Of a stretch of DNA of 64,000 nucleotides, positions 11,197-21,531 are shown in pieces. Position 1 is the stretch's first letter. Every line of letters begins with the position of its first letter. Made by a program: the position numbers and the translations under genes. Source of the DNA: Eledone cirrhosa (lineage: Eukaryota); assembly GCA_964016885.1 (NCBI GenBank), contig OZ024747.1:12090001-12154000 (forward strand), given 5' to 3'. A model generated the notes under the pieces. It was given only the letters and a program-made list of their open reading frames with translations. It had not been told where the DNA came from and searched no databases.

Positions 11197-14100
11197 GTAG
11201 GGATTTCTGTCACTGATTGAGAAAGAGGGTTATCTAGTTTTGTCTGGTGAGAATAGAGCTAGTGATAAATGTTGTGAATGGAAATGGAATGAGATGGTTG
11301 GGTCATGTGTTGAGGAAGGATTATAGTAACTGGGTTAGAGAAATAGAGCCAGTGATAAATGTTGTGAATGGAAATGGAATGAGATGGTTGGGTCATGTGT
11401 TGAGGAAGAATGATAGTAACTGGGTTAGAGAAATAGAGCCAGTGATAAATGTTGTGAATAGAAATGGAATGAGATGGTTGGGTCATGTGTTGAGGAAGAA
11501 TGATAGTAACTGGGTTAGAGAAATAGAGCCAGTGATAAATGTTGTGAATGGAAATGGAATGAGATGGTTGGGTCATGTGTTGAGGAAGGATTATAGTAAT
11601 TTGGTGAGAGGAAAGTTGAAAATGAATGTGGAGGGAAGTAGAGGAAGCGGCAGACCAAGAAAGACATGGCTAAAGATGATGGAGGAGGAAATGAAAGCTA
11701 GAGGGTTGTTGAGTGGGGAATGCAGAGGATAGGGCAAAATGGAAAAGTTGGTCATGGGGCTCACCTCTACTTTAGTCCATTTTCCATGCTAGCATGGGTT
11801 ACTGTATATATTTGTCAATCTGTTTGCAGGGAACCACTCCGGATGCTGGTGTGAGAGAGGAAGCCATTAAGAAGCTGGAATGTCAGTTGAAGAGTCTTCA
11901 GCAGGAATTACGTCAACACCATGTCGAGGGTCAACAGAACTTGACCAGCTTGCGCACACAACTTCAGGGAAACCATGAGATCGCTAATAATACACAGAAG
12001 GTAAGGACCCAAAACGCCAACAGCACAGGCTAAATCTTAAGACACTATGTCATTAACCCTTTCATTACCATATCTCTAATGAAAGACACTGTCTATGTCT
12101 GACTATCAACACTATCTGTACTATCAACACTATCTGTACTATCAACACTATCTGTACTATCAACACTATCTGTACTATCAACACTATCTGTACTATCAAC
12201 ACTATCTGTACTATCAACACTATCTGTACTATCAACACTATCTGTACTATCAATACTATCTGTACTATCTGTACTATCAACACTATCTGTACTATCAACA
12301 CTATCTGTACTATCAACACTATCTGTACTATCAACACTATCTGTACTATCAATACTATCTGTACTATCAACACTATCTGTACTATCAACACTATCTGTAC
12401 TATCAACACTATCTGTACTATCAACACTATCTGTACTATCAACACTATTGGATCTAATGTCTGTATTATTAATCAACACTATCAGACTACCTGTATTATC
12501 GGATCGGAGGTCGGATCCGGAATCGGATTTAATCCAGGATCAGATCTGATGTCTGCCTGTATTATTGGATCTGATCCGGGATCAAATTAACACAGCTCTG
12601 TCTAGCTCAGCTTGGCTTAGTTTAGCTCTTTCCACACTACCAATATTGTCCAAGTGAAGAGCAAAGCTGATACAACTTGGCACCATTGTTGTTGCAGCCC
12701 ATTATATTTTCCAGTTGATTGGATTATGAGCATCATAAAAGTAAAGTGTCTTGCTCAAGGATACAACACACTGCTTGTTCCAGGGATCAAACTCACTACC
12801 TCAGTCGCGAGCCTACTACCCTTACAACTGAGATTTAAGGGAATTGTCATCACTATTTCTTAGGAATGTGAGCGCTAGTTAATGCTCCCGTCACACACAT
12901 ACATACACCTGCTCCCAATACACACCATCTACTATCAAGACACACACCAACTTCCAATACACAGTCACACACACACCTACCCGCAATATACAATACACCT
13001 GTGGTTTAATTAAGGAACAAACAAAAGAATCATAATTACGTCACCTTCTCTCCTGAAACTCTGAGATAACTGCACTCCAATACCTCCTCAGGGGACAATA
13101 TATTATCTAAGGGTTTCAGTCTTTCAACATTAGTGAGTGAATTTAACTTTTTTTTGTTTTTTACAGAGGCAAAGTTTCCCGCAGTGCCACACACAGAAAC
13201 CAACACCTCTGGCACATTCCTATAGTACAACAGACCTATCCCGGATCAGCTTCTCTGCATCTGACATGGAAAACCTGTTGAAAATGCCTCAAGCAGTTCG
13301 TGCCTGGCCAAGCTGTAGCCACCTCGCTCCGCAGACGTTCTCACGCACCGTCCGCAGGCGAAGTGACACTTTTGACCCAAAACTGCTCCCTGCTGGACAA
13401 CAACAACAACAACAACAACACCAACAACAATTACTGCAGGGTAACCATGGAAACATTCCTGTTTCAACCTTCTCTGGTTGGTCAACTGACAAACCCTCTC
13501 AACACCAGCACCAGCCAAAATCTCAGATGCTGGCCTCTAATTCTCTATTTGTGGCTGCTTCAGATTACAGTCCAGAGTTGTTTTCGGCCAGTGGTCACCT
13601 CAACCTTGAGATTCCACTCAAGGAAGGAGATGTTGTCATTAAAAAAGGTCAGTTCTTTGTTAATTTACACTAATGCCTCTCATTTGATTTAATTAGTGAG
13701 TTGTAGTATGACTTTATGAGTATATATATTTTTTGAAAAATTGACTTTCGTCAAATCGGACCGAGGTAACAATGTTTCTGTTGGTCTTTCCAATTGCTAA
13801 TTCTATCTATCGGTCGCAACTCCAGGTAGAAGGAGCAACGTGAAATAAAGTGTCTTGCTCAAGGACATAACGCATCACCTGGTCCAGGAATCGAACTCAC
13901 AACCTTACGATTGCGAATCCAATTCTCTAACCACTCCGCCACACGCCTTCACTTAGTATATATATATATATATTATATATTTATCCCGGGTTCAATCGGG
14001 GTAACCACAGTAAGTAAGGTACTCAATACATAGCAGAGTATAAATATTTAATACAGAAAAGGCTTCTACAGGTCTAGAACTGTTTCATTCAGCAGAAATC

Positions 14101-14562
14101 ATCAGGAAGCCGACTGTCCAAGTAATATGGTGGTATTTATATATTACTTGGACAGTCGGCTTCCTAATGATTTCTCCCGAATGAAACAGTTCTATATTAA
14201 ATATAAATATCATCATCATCATCATCATCATTTTACGTCCGCTTTTCCCTGCTTGCAAGGGTGGGACGGGAACTGATTCTGGCTTGATTTCTACAGCTGG
14301 ATGCCCTTCCTAACACCAACCTCATTTACAGTGAGTGCTGGGCGCTTTTTTGCTGTGGCCCCTCCACGACCACTTTGCAGTGGAATGATAGGGACCCCAG
14401 TTCCTATCATCTCATTTCTACAGCTGAGTAAATTGGAGCAATGTGAAATAAAGTGTCTTGCTCAAGGAAACAACACATCACCCGGTCTGAGAATTGAACT
14501 CACAACCCTTCGATTGCAAGGCCAATGCTCTAACCACTAAGCCATGTGCCTCCATATATATA

Positions 14563-14599
<37 letters not shown>

Positions 14600-16181
14600 C
14601 ACGACAACAATGATGATCATGATGATAATGATTTTATATATTTTCCCACCCTTGCACACTGGGGAAAGCAGACGTAAAATGATGAATAATGATATGTGGA
14701 CGTGGAGGTGCCATGGCAAAAAAGCACCCAGCACTCACTGTGAATGAGGTTGGTGTTAGGAAGGGCATCCAGCTGTAGAAATCAAGCCAAAATCAGTTCC
14801 TGTATGAGCAAGACAAAAGAAATCATCAGGAAAGCCTGATGATTTCTTTTGAATGAAACAGTTCTAGTCCTGTAGAAGCCATTTCTTATTTTAAACATGA
14901 TGTTTACACTTTACTAATGTATTGTGTACCTTACTATCTGTGGTTTCCTCTCGATTGAACCCGGGACTCGCACACATATATATATATCCTCATCATCATC
15001 ATTGTTTAATGTCCATCTTCCACGCTAGCATGGGTTGGACGCTTTTGTCCCACTTGAGAGATACAGAAGAGTATATATATATATAGGAACGAGTAGGACC
15101 CCGACGGCTGAGCTCAAGCCGTTTCAACGGCTAATTCTGGACTAATTCAGTCCAGAATTAGCCGTCGAAACGGCTTGAGCTCAGCCGTCGGGGTCCTACT
15201 CGTTCCTATTACCCACTCTACTACCCTATGTATTGAGTACTTTGGTGCGTTATGGTCCACCTGGTTCCTTACCACATTTCCTTTGTTATATATATATATA
15301 AACTACTGGCAATCGAGTGTGACTTGGTAGTATATAGCATGGTTTTGCTGAGGGTTTAAAGTGCTGTGCAGTCCTGACCAGACCTTTTGGTACAGTGGAA
15401 TATAGAGGATGTTAGGTGTGGTTAGAGAGAGAGAACTACCCCAACACGGCTACTAGGATGTCTTGGTGTAGTTCTCTCTCTACCTCTTTTTTAACTGTGG
15501 TCACCTCCTAATACCCACCGAGATAGATATACATTTGGATGATGATGATGATGATGATATAATTTTCTGTTGTTCAGGAGCTGTTGGTGCTAATGGTTAT
15601 TGTGAAGCTATAGTGAAAGGTAAAGTTGGTTTGGTGCCATATAAATACCTACACCCAGTTAAACTTGAAGCGATGACAGCAGAGGAACAGAAAGCTCTTC
15701 GCCTACAAGTAAGTCATGTCACTTTCACCCCTACATACTCAATTGAGTAACATTGACCCCCAGCAGAACCCCATTTCAGCCGGGTTTACACATATAAATT
15801 AAGAATGAGATTGAAGTCTGAATTTAACATAATCTATTCGTAATGACTTGTAACACATGCGACCAGCTTGTCATTTGTGAAACATGAAATATATTCCAAT
15901 TATATCTGATGAGTTAATCCCCGAGTCGAGGCTGATTAATTAAGGCTCCCAGCTGGTCATTTGTGAAACACATGTCGTGCGTAATTACAAATACAGTATG
16001 TTAAACTGAAACTTCAATTACTCATTCCTAATATAAACTCTGTATATCACACCAATAACAATCAGGTGTAGGTGTTAATACACACCTTTAACTTTAAATA
16101 TTCAGTTCATGTAGAGCGTAGAATGCTTAAACTGGAGCCTCCTATAGTAATATATTATTAATCACCAAATAGTTATATATT

Positions 16182-16218
<37 letters not shown>

Positions 16219-16393
16219 GTATATGTATATATGAGGGTCAGCTGAAGCATTCATATGCTGACCAAGATACTCTCATGGAATTACCAAATGAGGTTTATTT
16301 TTCAACATAATCCCTGGAAAGAAACAATGCAGCTATTAATGCATGCAAGATTTCACAGCTCTAGCATTAATTCTTGATAGTCAGCCTATGAAC

Positions 16394-16433
<40 letters not shown>

Positions 16434-17497
16434 CCAAATAGGTTGTTTTTTTTAAATCTTTTTTTAAATCTATCTAAAAAAAACCTTCCATCATAAATTT
16501 ATGTAAGAAACTTTGTTAAGTTATGTTCCAAACACCAGATAAATTATGAGAGTTAGGATATAGGATAAGAAAAGGGTTAAGACGCACATTTGTCTATGTT
16601 CCTATTCCCTGATGATATTCCTATTTGTTATTCTAGTTCTGTGGTGAAACTCTAGAAACCAACCCTGAACACATTAGGCCACCTACTGAGGTGGGGTCCT
16701 ATTTTCAAAAGTCCATTCTAAGTAAGTTCTGCTTTCTTTTCAAACTTTAAAAACAATTTGAAAATATTTTCACTTTACAATGCAAAAAAGTGGACAGAAA
16801 CACCTGCATGAATTGAACCTCACATCTGCCATAAACTGGATGACCACTAATTACACTAAAGTATATCTGGTCACTAATTACCATCTTTTTAGAAGCTCTA
16901 AGTATTAAGCTAGAGGTGTAAAGAAAACTTGGTAAATTTATGAACAATTGGGGCAAATATAACACACATATATATATACAGCAGCCATCACTGGCTCTAT
17001 TGCCATCTTCCTCTGTAATTCACAGGAATGGGATGAGAGGGTGGTGGGAATAGGACTAGTGATGAATGGTGTGAAGAGAAATGGAATGAGATGGTTGGGT
17101 CATGTGTTGAGGAAGGATGAAAGTGACATACATACACACACATCACATACAGTAACACACACACACACACACACATATTCATATCCATGTGCAGTATATT
17201 AATGTTGTTGTTATTGTTGTAGCATCCATTCCAAACCTATCTGGGAACCAATACCTCTCTCCTGAACACACCAGATGGGGCAACAGTATAACTACTACAC
17301 CACCAAACACTGCTGTTCCTATTGCTCCCACTACATCCACAACTTCACAGTTTGTGAAGAGACTTAGTGGTGGTAATGGTGGTAGTGGTGGTAGTAGTGG
17401 TGGACATATTTCACACCTTCCTGCTAAAGGTAAGTACTCCTACCAGGAACAGTCACACTATATTTAATTCTTAGTACTCTCTCCCTCCCTCTCTCTC

Positions 17498-17561
<64 letters not shown>

Positions 17562-19313
17562 CCTTCTCTCTCTCACACCTCTTCTCTCTCTCTCTCTCTC
17601 TCTTCCCCTTCTCTCTCTCTCACCTCTTCTCTCTCTCTCTCTCTCTCTCTTCCCCCCCTCTCTCTCTCTCTTCCCCCTCTCTCTCTCTCTCTCTCTTCCC
17701 CCTCTATCTCTCACCTCTTCCCCCTCTCTCACCTCTTCCCCCTCTCTCACCTCTTCCCCCTCTCTCATCTCTTCCCCCTCTCTCACCTCTTCCCCCTCTC
17801 TCACCTCTTCCCCCTCTCTCACCTCTTCCCCCTCTCTCCCTCTATCTCTCACCTCTCCCCCCTCTCTCCCTCTATCTCTCACCTCTCCCTCTCACCTTTC
17901 CCTCTCTCACCTCTTCCCCCTCTCTCCCTCTCACACCTCTTCCCCCTCTCTCCCTCTCTCCCTCCTCTTCTCCCTCTCACACCTTTTCCCCCTCACACCT
18001 TTTCCCACTCTCTCCCTCTCCCTCTCACCTCTTCGCCCTCTCTCCCTCTCACCTCTTCCCCCTCTCACCTCTTCCCCCTCTCTCCCGCTCACCTCTTCCC
18101 CCTCTCACATATTCCCTCACCCTCTCGCTGCTTCCCTCTCTCTCTCTTTCTCCCAGGAGGCCAGCTAAACCTACATGAGTATAAGATGTGTCAATAACAT
18201 AAGACTGGAGGCCCCTATCATTAAAACACTCAAGATCTCCTGTGAGATACAATCTTGTATGAGGCCAGCAAAACCTACATAGGTGTTAGCTGTAACAACA
18301 TGATGATAGGACAGGGGCCTCTATCATTAAAACACCCCCAGAAACCTCTTATGAGATACAACCCTGTAGAAAGCCAGCTAAATCTACCTAGGTGTGAGCC
18401 ATAATATTTATTACATCATAAGACTGGGGGTCCCTCACTCAACAAACCTCCAATGAGATACAACCTGGTAGGGGGCCAGCTAAACCTGCCTAGGTGTGAG
18501 CTGTAACATGATGATAGGACAGGGGCCTCTATCATTAAAACACCCCAGAAACCTCTTATGAGATACAACCCTGTAGAAAGCCAGCTAAATCTACCTAGGT
18601 GTGAGCCATAATATTTATTACATCATAAGACTGGGGGTCCCTCACTCAACAAACCTCCAATGAGATACAACCTGGTAGGGGGCCAGCTAAACCTGCCTAG
18701 GTGTGAGCTGTAACAACATGATGATAGGACAGGGGCCTCTATCATTAAAACACCCCAGAAACCTCTTATGAGATACAACCCTGTAGAAAGCCAGCTAAAT
18801 CTACCTAGGTGTGAGCCATAATATTTATTACATCATAAGACTGGGGTCCCTCACTCAACAAACCTCCAATGAGATACAACCTGGTAGGGGGCCAGCTAAA
18901 CCTGCCTAGGTGTGAGCTGTAAATATATATATTTCCTTGCACATCTACAGGGTTACCAGAAGCACCGTCCACCTTCCGTCTGGAGAGACTTGTAGGAGAC
19001 AACAGTGTCCTGTTAAGTTGGCTTCCGCCAATTATGGATGAATTAGATCAGAATAATGGTATGCAGTTGATTGGATATCGGGTAAGCTGTTACTCTTGTT
19101 ATTAATACCGTTGTTGTTGTTGTTGTTGTTGTTGTTGTTATTATTACTGTTGTGGTTGTTACTGTTGGTGTTATTACTGTTGTTGCTGTTGTTATTGTTG
19201 TTATTACTGTACACCACATCCGTGTTGTAAGAGGTGAAAGAAAAGGATTGGTATCGGGCTGTAAAACATTGCCTAGTCCCATCAAACCTATGCTAGCATG
19301 GAAGAGTCAATGG

Positions 19314-19344
<31 letters not shown>

Positions 19345-21531
19345 AGCAATATTTGGAAAACTTAATAAATTCTGTTTTGTTTGTTAATCATGGCAGATAT
19401 TCCTAAATGGCCGTCTGTGTCAACAACCAGGGAGTGCACACCTTGCTAAAGCTGTGGTGGAAAATCTTGATCTCTCTCGACCACAGTACTTTGCCATCCA
19501 GTCCGTTGCTGCTAATGGTCAGATGTCACCCTCTGCAGAGGTTGTATTTGAAGGTTTGGAGCGATGGTGTGATGGTAGCGACAGAAGCAGTGAGTCGGAA
19601 ACGGATCTTTCACAGATCCTTCCCAGTCCACTCACAAATTCGGGACCGCAGAGAACGGTTAGTTTTGTTATTATTTTATTGTTTTTTTAAATATATTCTC
19701 TAACCAAGCATATCACACTAATTAAGGAAGCAGAACTTCTCAAATATTTCTGATTATATACTAGAATTAAAATATCTAAATGTTATTAATCGAACTTTCA
19801 AAGAAATACACCATTTGATTCTACAGTCCTACATTATTATTTAGGGCAGTGAATTGGCAGTATCTGTAGAGATTTGGACAGCATGCTTTACAGCATAGAG
19901 TTATGGTCCTTTACTAATGCTACCACACACATATACATACACATATATATACACACATTATATGCTAGAGTGTCAGTAAATACAAGTGTACCTTTATTTG
20001 CAGTTTGTTGCAATCTATGACTACAACCCAACAGTGCAATCTCCACATGATTATGCAGAGTGTGAACTCCGGTTTAATGCAGGTGACCTTATCACAGTTT
20101 TTGGCAACCAGAGGTCAGATGGATTTTTCTGGGCTGAGGTAACTATAAACTAGCTTTAATTCTCCTTTATATCTCTTTCTGTGTGTGTGTGTGTGTGCAC
20201 ATGTGTCTCTGTCTCTGTGTGTGTGTATGATACACATATACATATATATATGTATACACACACATGCACACACGTGTGCGTGAAAAGTAAATGGTAAAAC
20301 ACAACAGACGATGAAGTACAATGAAAATATATATTAGTTTCATGCTTAATATATTAGGAAAAGTCTTAACGTTTTGGACACTGGTCCTTCATCAGATACT
20401 AGAATGTATCAATGCCTGTACCAATGCAGTCTTCTCTCGTCCATACTACTTCGGATTCATCTTAAACCCAGTTTCTCCCTCAGTTCACCGAAGCTCTACC
20501 TTTCTCTCACACATTGCACATCCAAATATACCTCATTTCTATTTCTTTAACTTTCAGTTAAATGGTAGCCAAGGACTTGTCCCTGCTAGTTTTGTGGAGG
20601 AAGTTCCGATGAAAGGTTCCCGCTCAAAACCAGTAAGTCTAAGGGTTCACTTTAGAACTCATTGTTGTACCATTGTCTACTATAGAACCCATTGTTGTAC
20701 CACTGTCTACTATAGAACCCATTGTTGTACCACTGTCTACTATAGAACCCATTGTTGTACCACTGTCTACTATAGAGCCTATTGTTGTACCACTGTCTAC
20801 TATAGAGCCTATTGTTGTACCATTGTCTACTATAGATCCTATTGTTGTACCACTGTCTACTATAGAACCCATTGTTGTACCACTGTCTACTATAGAACCC
20901 ATTGTTGTACCACTGTCTACTATAGAAACTATTGTTGTACCACTGTCCACTATAGAGCCTGTTGTTCCATTCAAATACTGGGGTTAATATAATCAACCCC
21001 ACCACCATCAGTTGCCCTTAAATGCTGGATTTGGGCCCTAATTTGAATCCATTAAGGGAACTTAGCCACAACCCAAGCACTTGCCCAGAGATAGGGGGCA
21101 GTTAGTCCAATGTTCAACACTGCAGTGTCCCAACAACCCTGAAAAGGGTTAAGGGACCATGATGATGATGAAGAGCTGTGTATTAGTAGAATTGATAGAG
21201 CATCAGACAAATGCTTTGTACCATTTCTTCTGTAATCGGTAGAGCATCGGATAACATGCTTTGTGGCATAGAGTTACATCCCTTTATGTTCTAAGTTCAA
21301 ATCCTGCCATGGTTGGCTTTGCCTTTCATCCTTACAGGGTCAATAAAAAAAGTACCAGTAATGCACTGGGGTCGATTTAATCGACTCCCCCCCCCCCAAT
21401 TGCTGGCCTGGTGCCTAAATCAGAAACCATTATTATTATTATTATTGTTCTACTTGCAGGTGAGTCGTCAGAGCAGCAATGCTTCCCAGAAATCCCTACA
21501 GAACAACACAGTTGGTCGACCAAGTACGTGA
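11098..21531 (+). CDS. RIMBP2: RIMS-binding protein (RIMBP2)-like gene, join(11098-11196,11830-12000,13167-13647,15578-15708,16637-16721,17223-17429,18951-19081,19397-19657,20004-20138,20558-20632,21460-21531); 5' end not found
   Basis: All introns are GT-AG with consistent phases, giving a 615-aa open frame: coiled coil, SH3, FN3, SH3. The second SH3 (FVAIYDYNPTVQSPHDYAECELRFNAGDLITVFGNQRSDGFFWAELNGSQGLVPASFVEEV) has RIM-BP-type SH3 features. Exact orthology is uncertain. Confidence 0.75.
11256..11735 (+). mobile_element. RTE LINE C-terminal fragment with a 90-bp segment tandemly amplified about 4x
   Basis: MRWLGHVLRK repeated four times, then GSRGSGRPRKTW. Confidence 0.8.
11830..12000 (+). 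CDS. RIMBP2: RIMBP-like exon (GTTPDAGVREEAIKKLECQLKSLQQEL...TQK), coiled coil
   Basis: ttgcag| ... AAG|gtaagg, 171 nt, phase 0-0. Confidence 0.8.
12103..12447. repeat. 18-bp minisatellite (tactatcaacactatctg)n
   Basis: About 19 near-perfect copies. Confidence 0.95.
13167..13647 (+). CDS. RIMBP2: RIMBP-like exon with polyQ and the N-terminal half of the first SH3
   Basis: ttacag| ... G|gtcagt, 481 nt; ends LFVAASDYSPELFSASGHLNLEIPLKEGDVVIKK. Confidence 0.8.
13832..13950 (-). mobile_element. tRNA-headed SINE fragment (family 2, tgtccttgagcaagacac core)
   Basis: Reverse strand ggcgtgtggcggagtggttag...gagttcgattcc...tccttgagcaagacactt. Confidence 0.75.
13983..14194 (-). mobile_element. Family A short element with hammerhead and a 54-bp fold-back
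   Basis: 14075-14128 is the reverse complement of 14141-14194; the tail matches 4891-4990 and 14880-14965. Confidence 0.8.
14061..14111 (-). ncRNA. Type I hammerhead ribozyme motif (intact core)
   Basis: GGCUUC-CUGAUGA-uuucugcugaau-GAAA-CAG uucuagac CUG-UA-GAAGCC: 6-bp stem I, short stem II, stem III with palindromic UCUAGA loop, GUA cleavage triplet. Confidence 0.7.
14225..14550 (-). mobile_element. Full-length composite SINE (family 2): tRNA head + core + RTE-LINE-derived 3' tail
   Basis: Near-identical to 63210-63530; the 3' part matches the RTE LINE 3' UTR at 37340-37500; (gat)n tail. Confidence 0.85.
14814..14966 (+). mobile_element. Family A element with hammerhead core and a short 5' fold-back
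   Basis: caaaagaaatcatcagg-aaag-cctgatgatttcttttg hairpin, then GAAAcagttctagtcctgtagaagcc and the family tail; the 5' strand of stem I is lost. Confidence 0.75.
15083..15290 (+). mobile_element. Family B fold-back element (61-bp near-perfect palindrome plus tail)
   Basis: 15083-15143 versus 15149-15209 (one mismatch); homologous to 35138-35320 and 62002-62062. Confidence 0.85.
15578..15708 (+). CDS. RIMBP2: RIMBP-like exon completing the first SH3 (AVGANGYCEAIVKGKVGLVPYKYLHPV...)
   Basis: ttcag| ... CAA|gtaagt, phase 1-0; GLVP motif. Confidence 0.8.
15798..16030. repeat. Degenerate inverted repeat element
   Basis: aagaatgagattgaagt..tttaacata versus tatgttaaactgaaacttcaattactcattcc. Confidence 0.55.
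16637..16721 (+). CDS. RIMBP2: RIMBP-like linker exon (FCGETLETNPEHIRPPTEVGSYFQKSIL)
   Basis: ttctag| ... A|gtaagt; supplies the phase 0-to-1 shift needed for the next exon. Confidence 0.7.
17223..17429 (+). CDS. RIMBP2: RIMBP-like Ser/Thr/Gly-rich linker exon
   Basis: ttgtag| ... G|gtaagt, 207 nt, phase 1-1. Confidence 0.75.
17478..18152. repeat. Long polypyrimidine (CT-rich) tract
   Basis: About 670 bp almost purely C/T, with ctcacctcttccccct units. Confidence 0.9.
18155..18921. repeat. Satellite of about 105-bp monomers in a dimeric, about 209-bp higher-order unit
   Basis: gccagctaaatctacctagg at about 18373, 18580 and 18790 alternates with gccagctaaacctgcctagg. Confidence 0.9.
18951..19081 (+). 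CDS. RIMBP2: RIMBP-like FN3 exon 1 (LPEAPSTFRLERLVGDNSVLLSWLPPIMDELDQNNGMQLIGYR)
   Basis: ctacag| ... CGG|gtaagc; FN3 P..P...L.SW.PP...GY pattern. Confidence 0.85.
19397..19657 (+). CDS. RIMBP2: RIMBP-like FN3 exon 2 (IFLNGRLCQQPGSAHLAKAVVENLDLSRPQYFAIQSVAANGQMSPSAEV...)
   Basis: ggcag| ... ACG|gttagt, 261 nt, phase 0-0. Confidence 0.85.
20004..20138 (+). CDS. RIMBP2: RIMBP-like second SH3, part 1
   Basis: ttgcag|FVAIYDYNP...DGFFWAE|gtaact. Confidence 0.9.
20362..20400 (-). ncRNA. Decayed hammerhead motif (family D-like)
   Basis: Reverse strand CTGATGA-a-GGAC cagt GTCC-AAAA-cgtt-aagac; GAAA is changed to AAAA. Confidence 0.5.
20558..20632 (+). CDS. RIMBP2: RIMBP-like second SH3, part 2 (LNGSQGLVPASFVEEVPMKGSRSKP)
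   Basis: tttcag| ... CCA|gtaagt. Confidence 0.9.
20652..20965. repeat. 30-bp minisatellite (tatagaacccattgttgtaccactgtctac)
   Basis: About 10 copies starting 20 bp after the donor site. Confidence 0.95.
21170..21445 (+). mobile_element. Family 1 SINE with a duplicated head
   Basis: Core cctttcatccttacagggtcaataaaaaaagtaccag; (tat)n tail abuts the last acceptor. Confidence 0.8.
21460..21531 (+). CDS. RIMBP2: RIMBP-like terminal exon (VSRQSSNASQKSLQNNTVGRPST*)
   Basis: ttgcag| phase 0, TGA at 21529-21531. Confidence 0.65.
   Translation: MSRQSSNASQKSLQNNTVGRPST

Noticed and set aside
12065-12479. Long repetitive ORFs in several frames
   Set aside because: Artefact of an 18-bp intronic minisatellite lacking stops
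15906-15980. CTGATGA ... GAAAcacatGTC as a hammerhead
   Set aside because: Core halves are about 50 nt apart without a clean stem II junction, and no stem I pairing is visible
16688-16696. Donor GAG|GTGGGG for the 16637 exon
   Set aside because: Gives phase 0, which puts the next exon in a frame with a stop; the donor after 16721 restores the frame
18155-18921. CRISPR-like repeat-spacer appearance
   Set aside because: The intervening sequences are themselves repeated, there are no cas genes, and the context is eukaryotic
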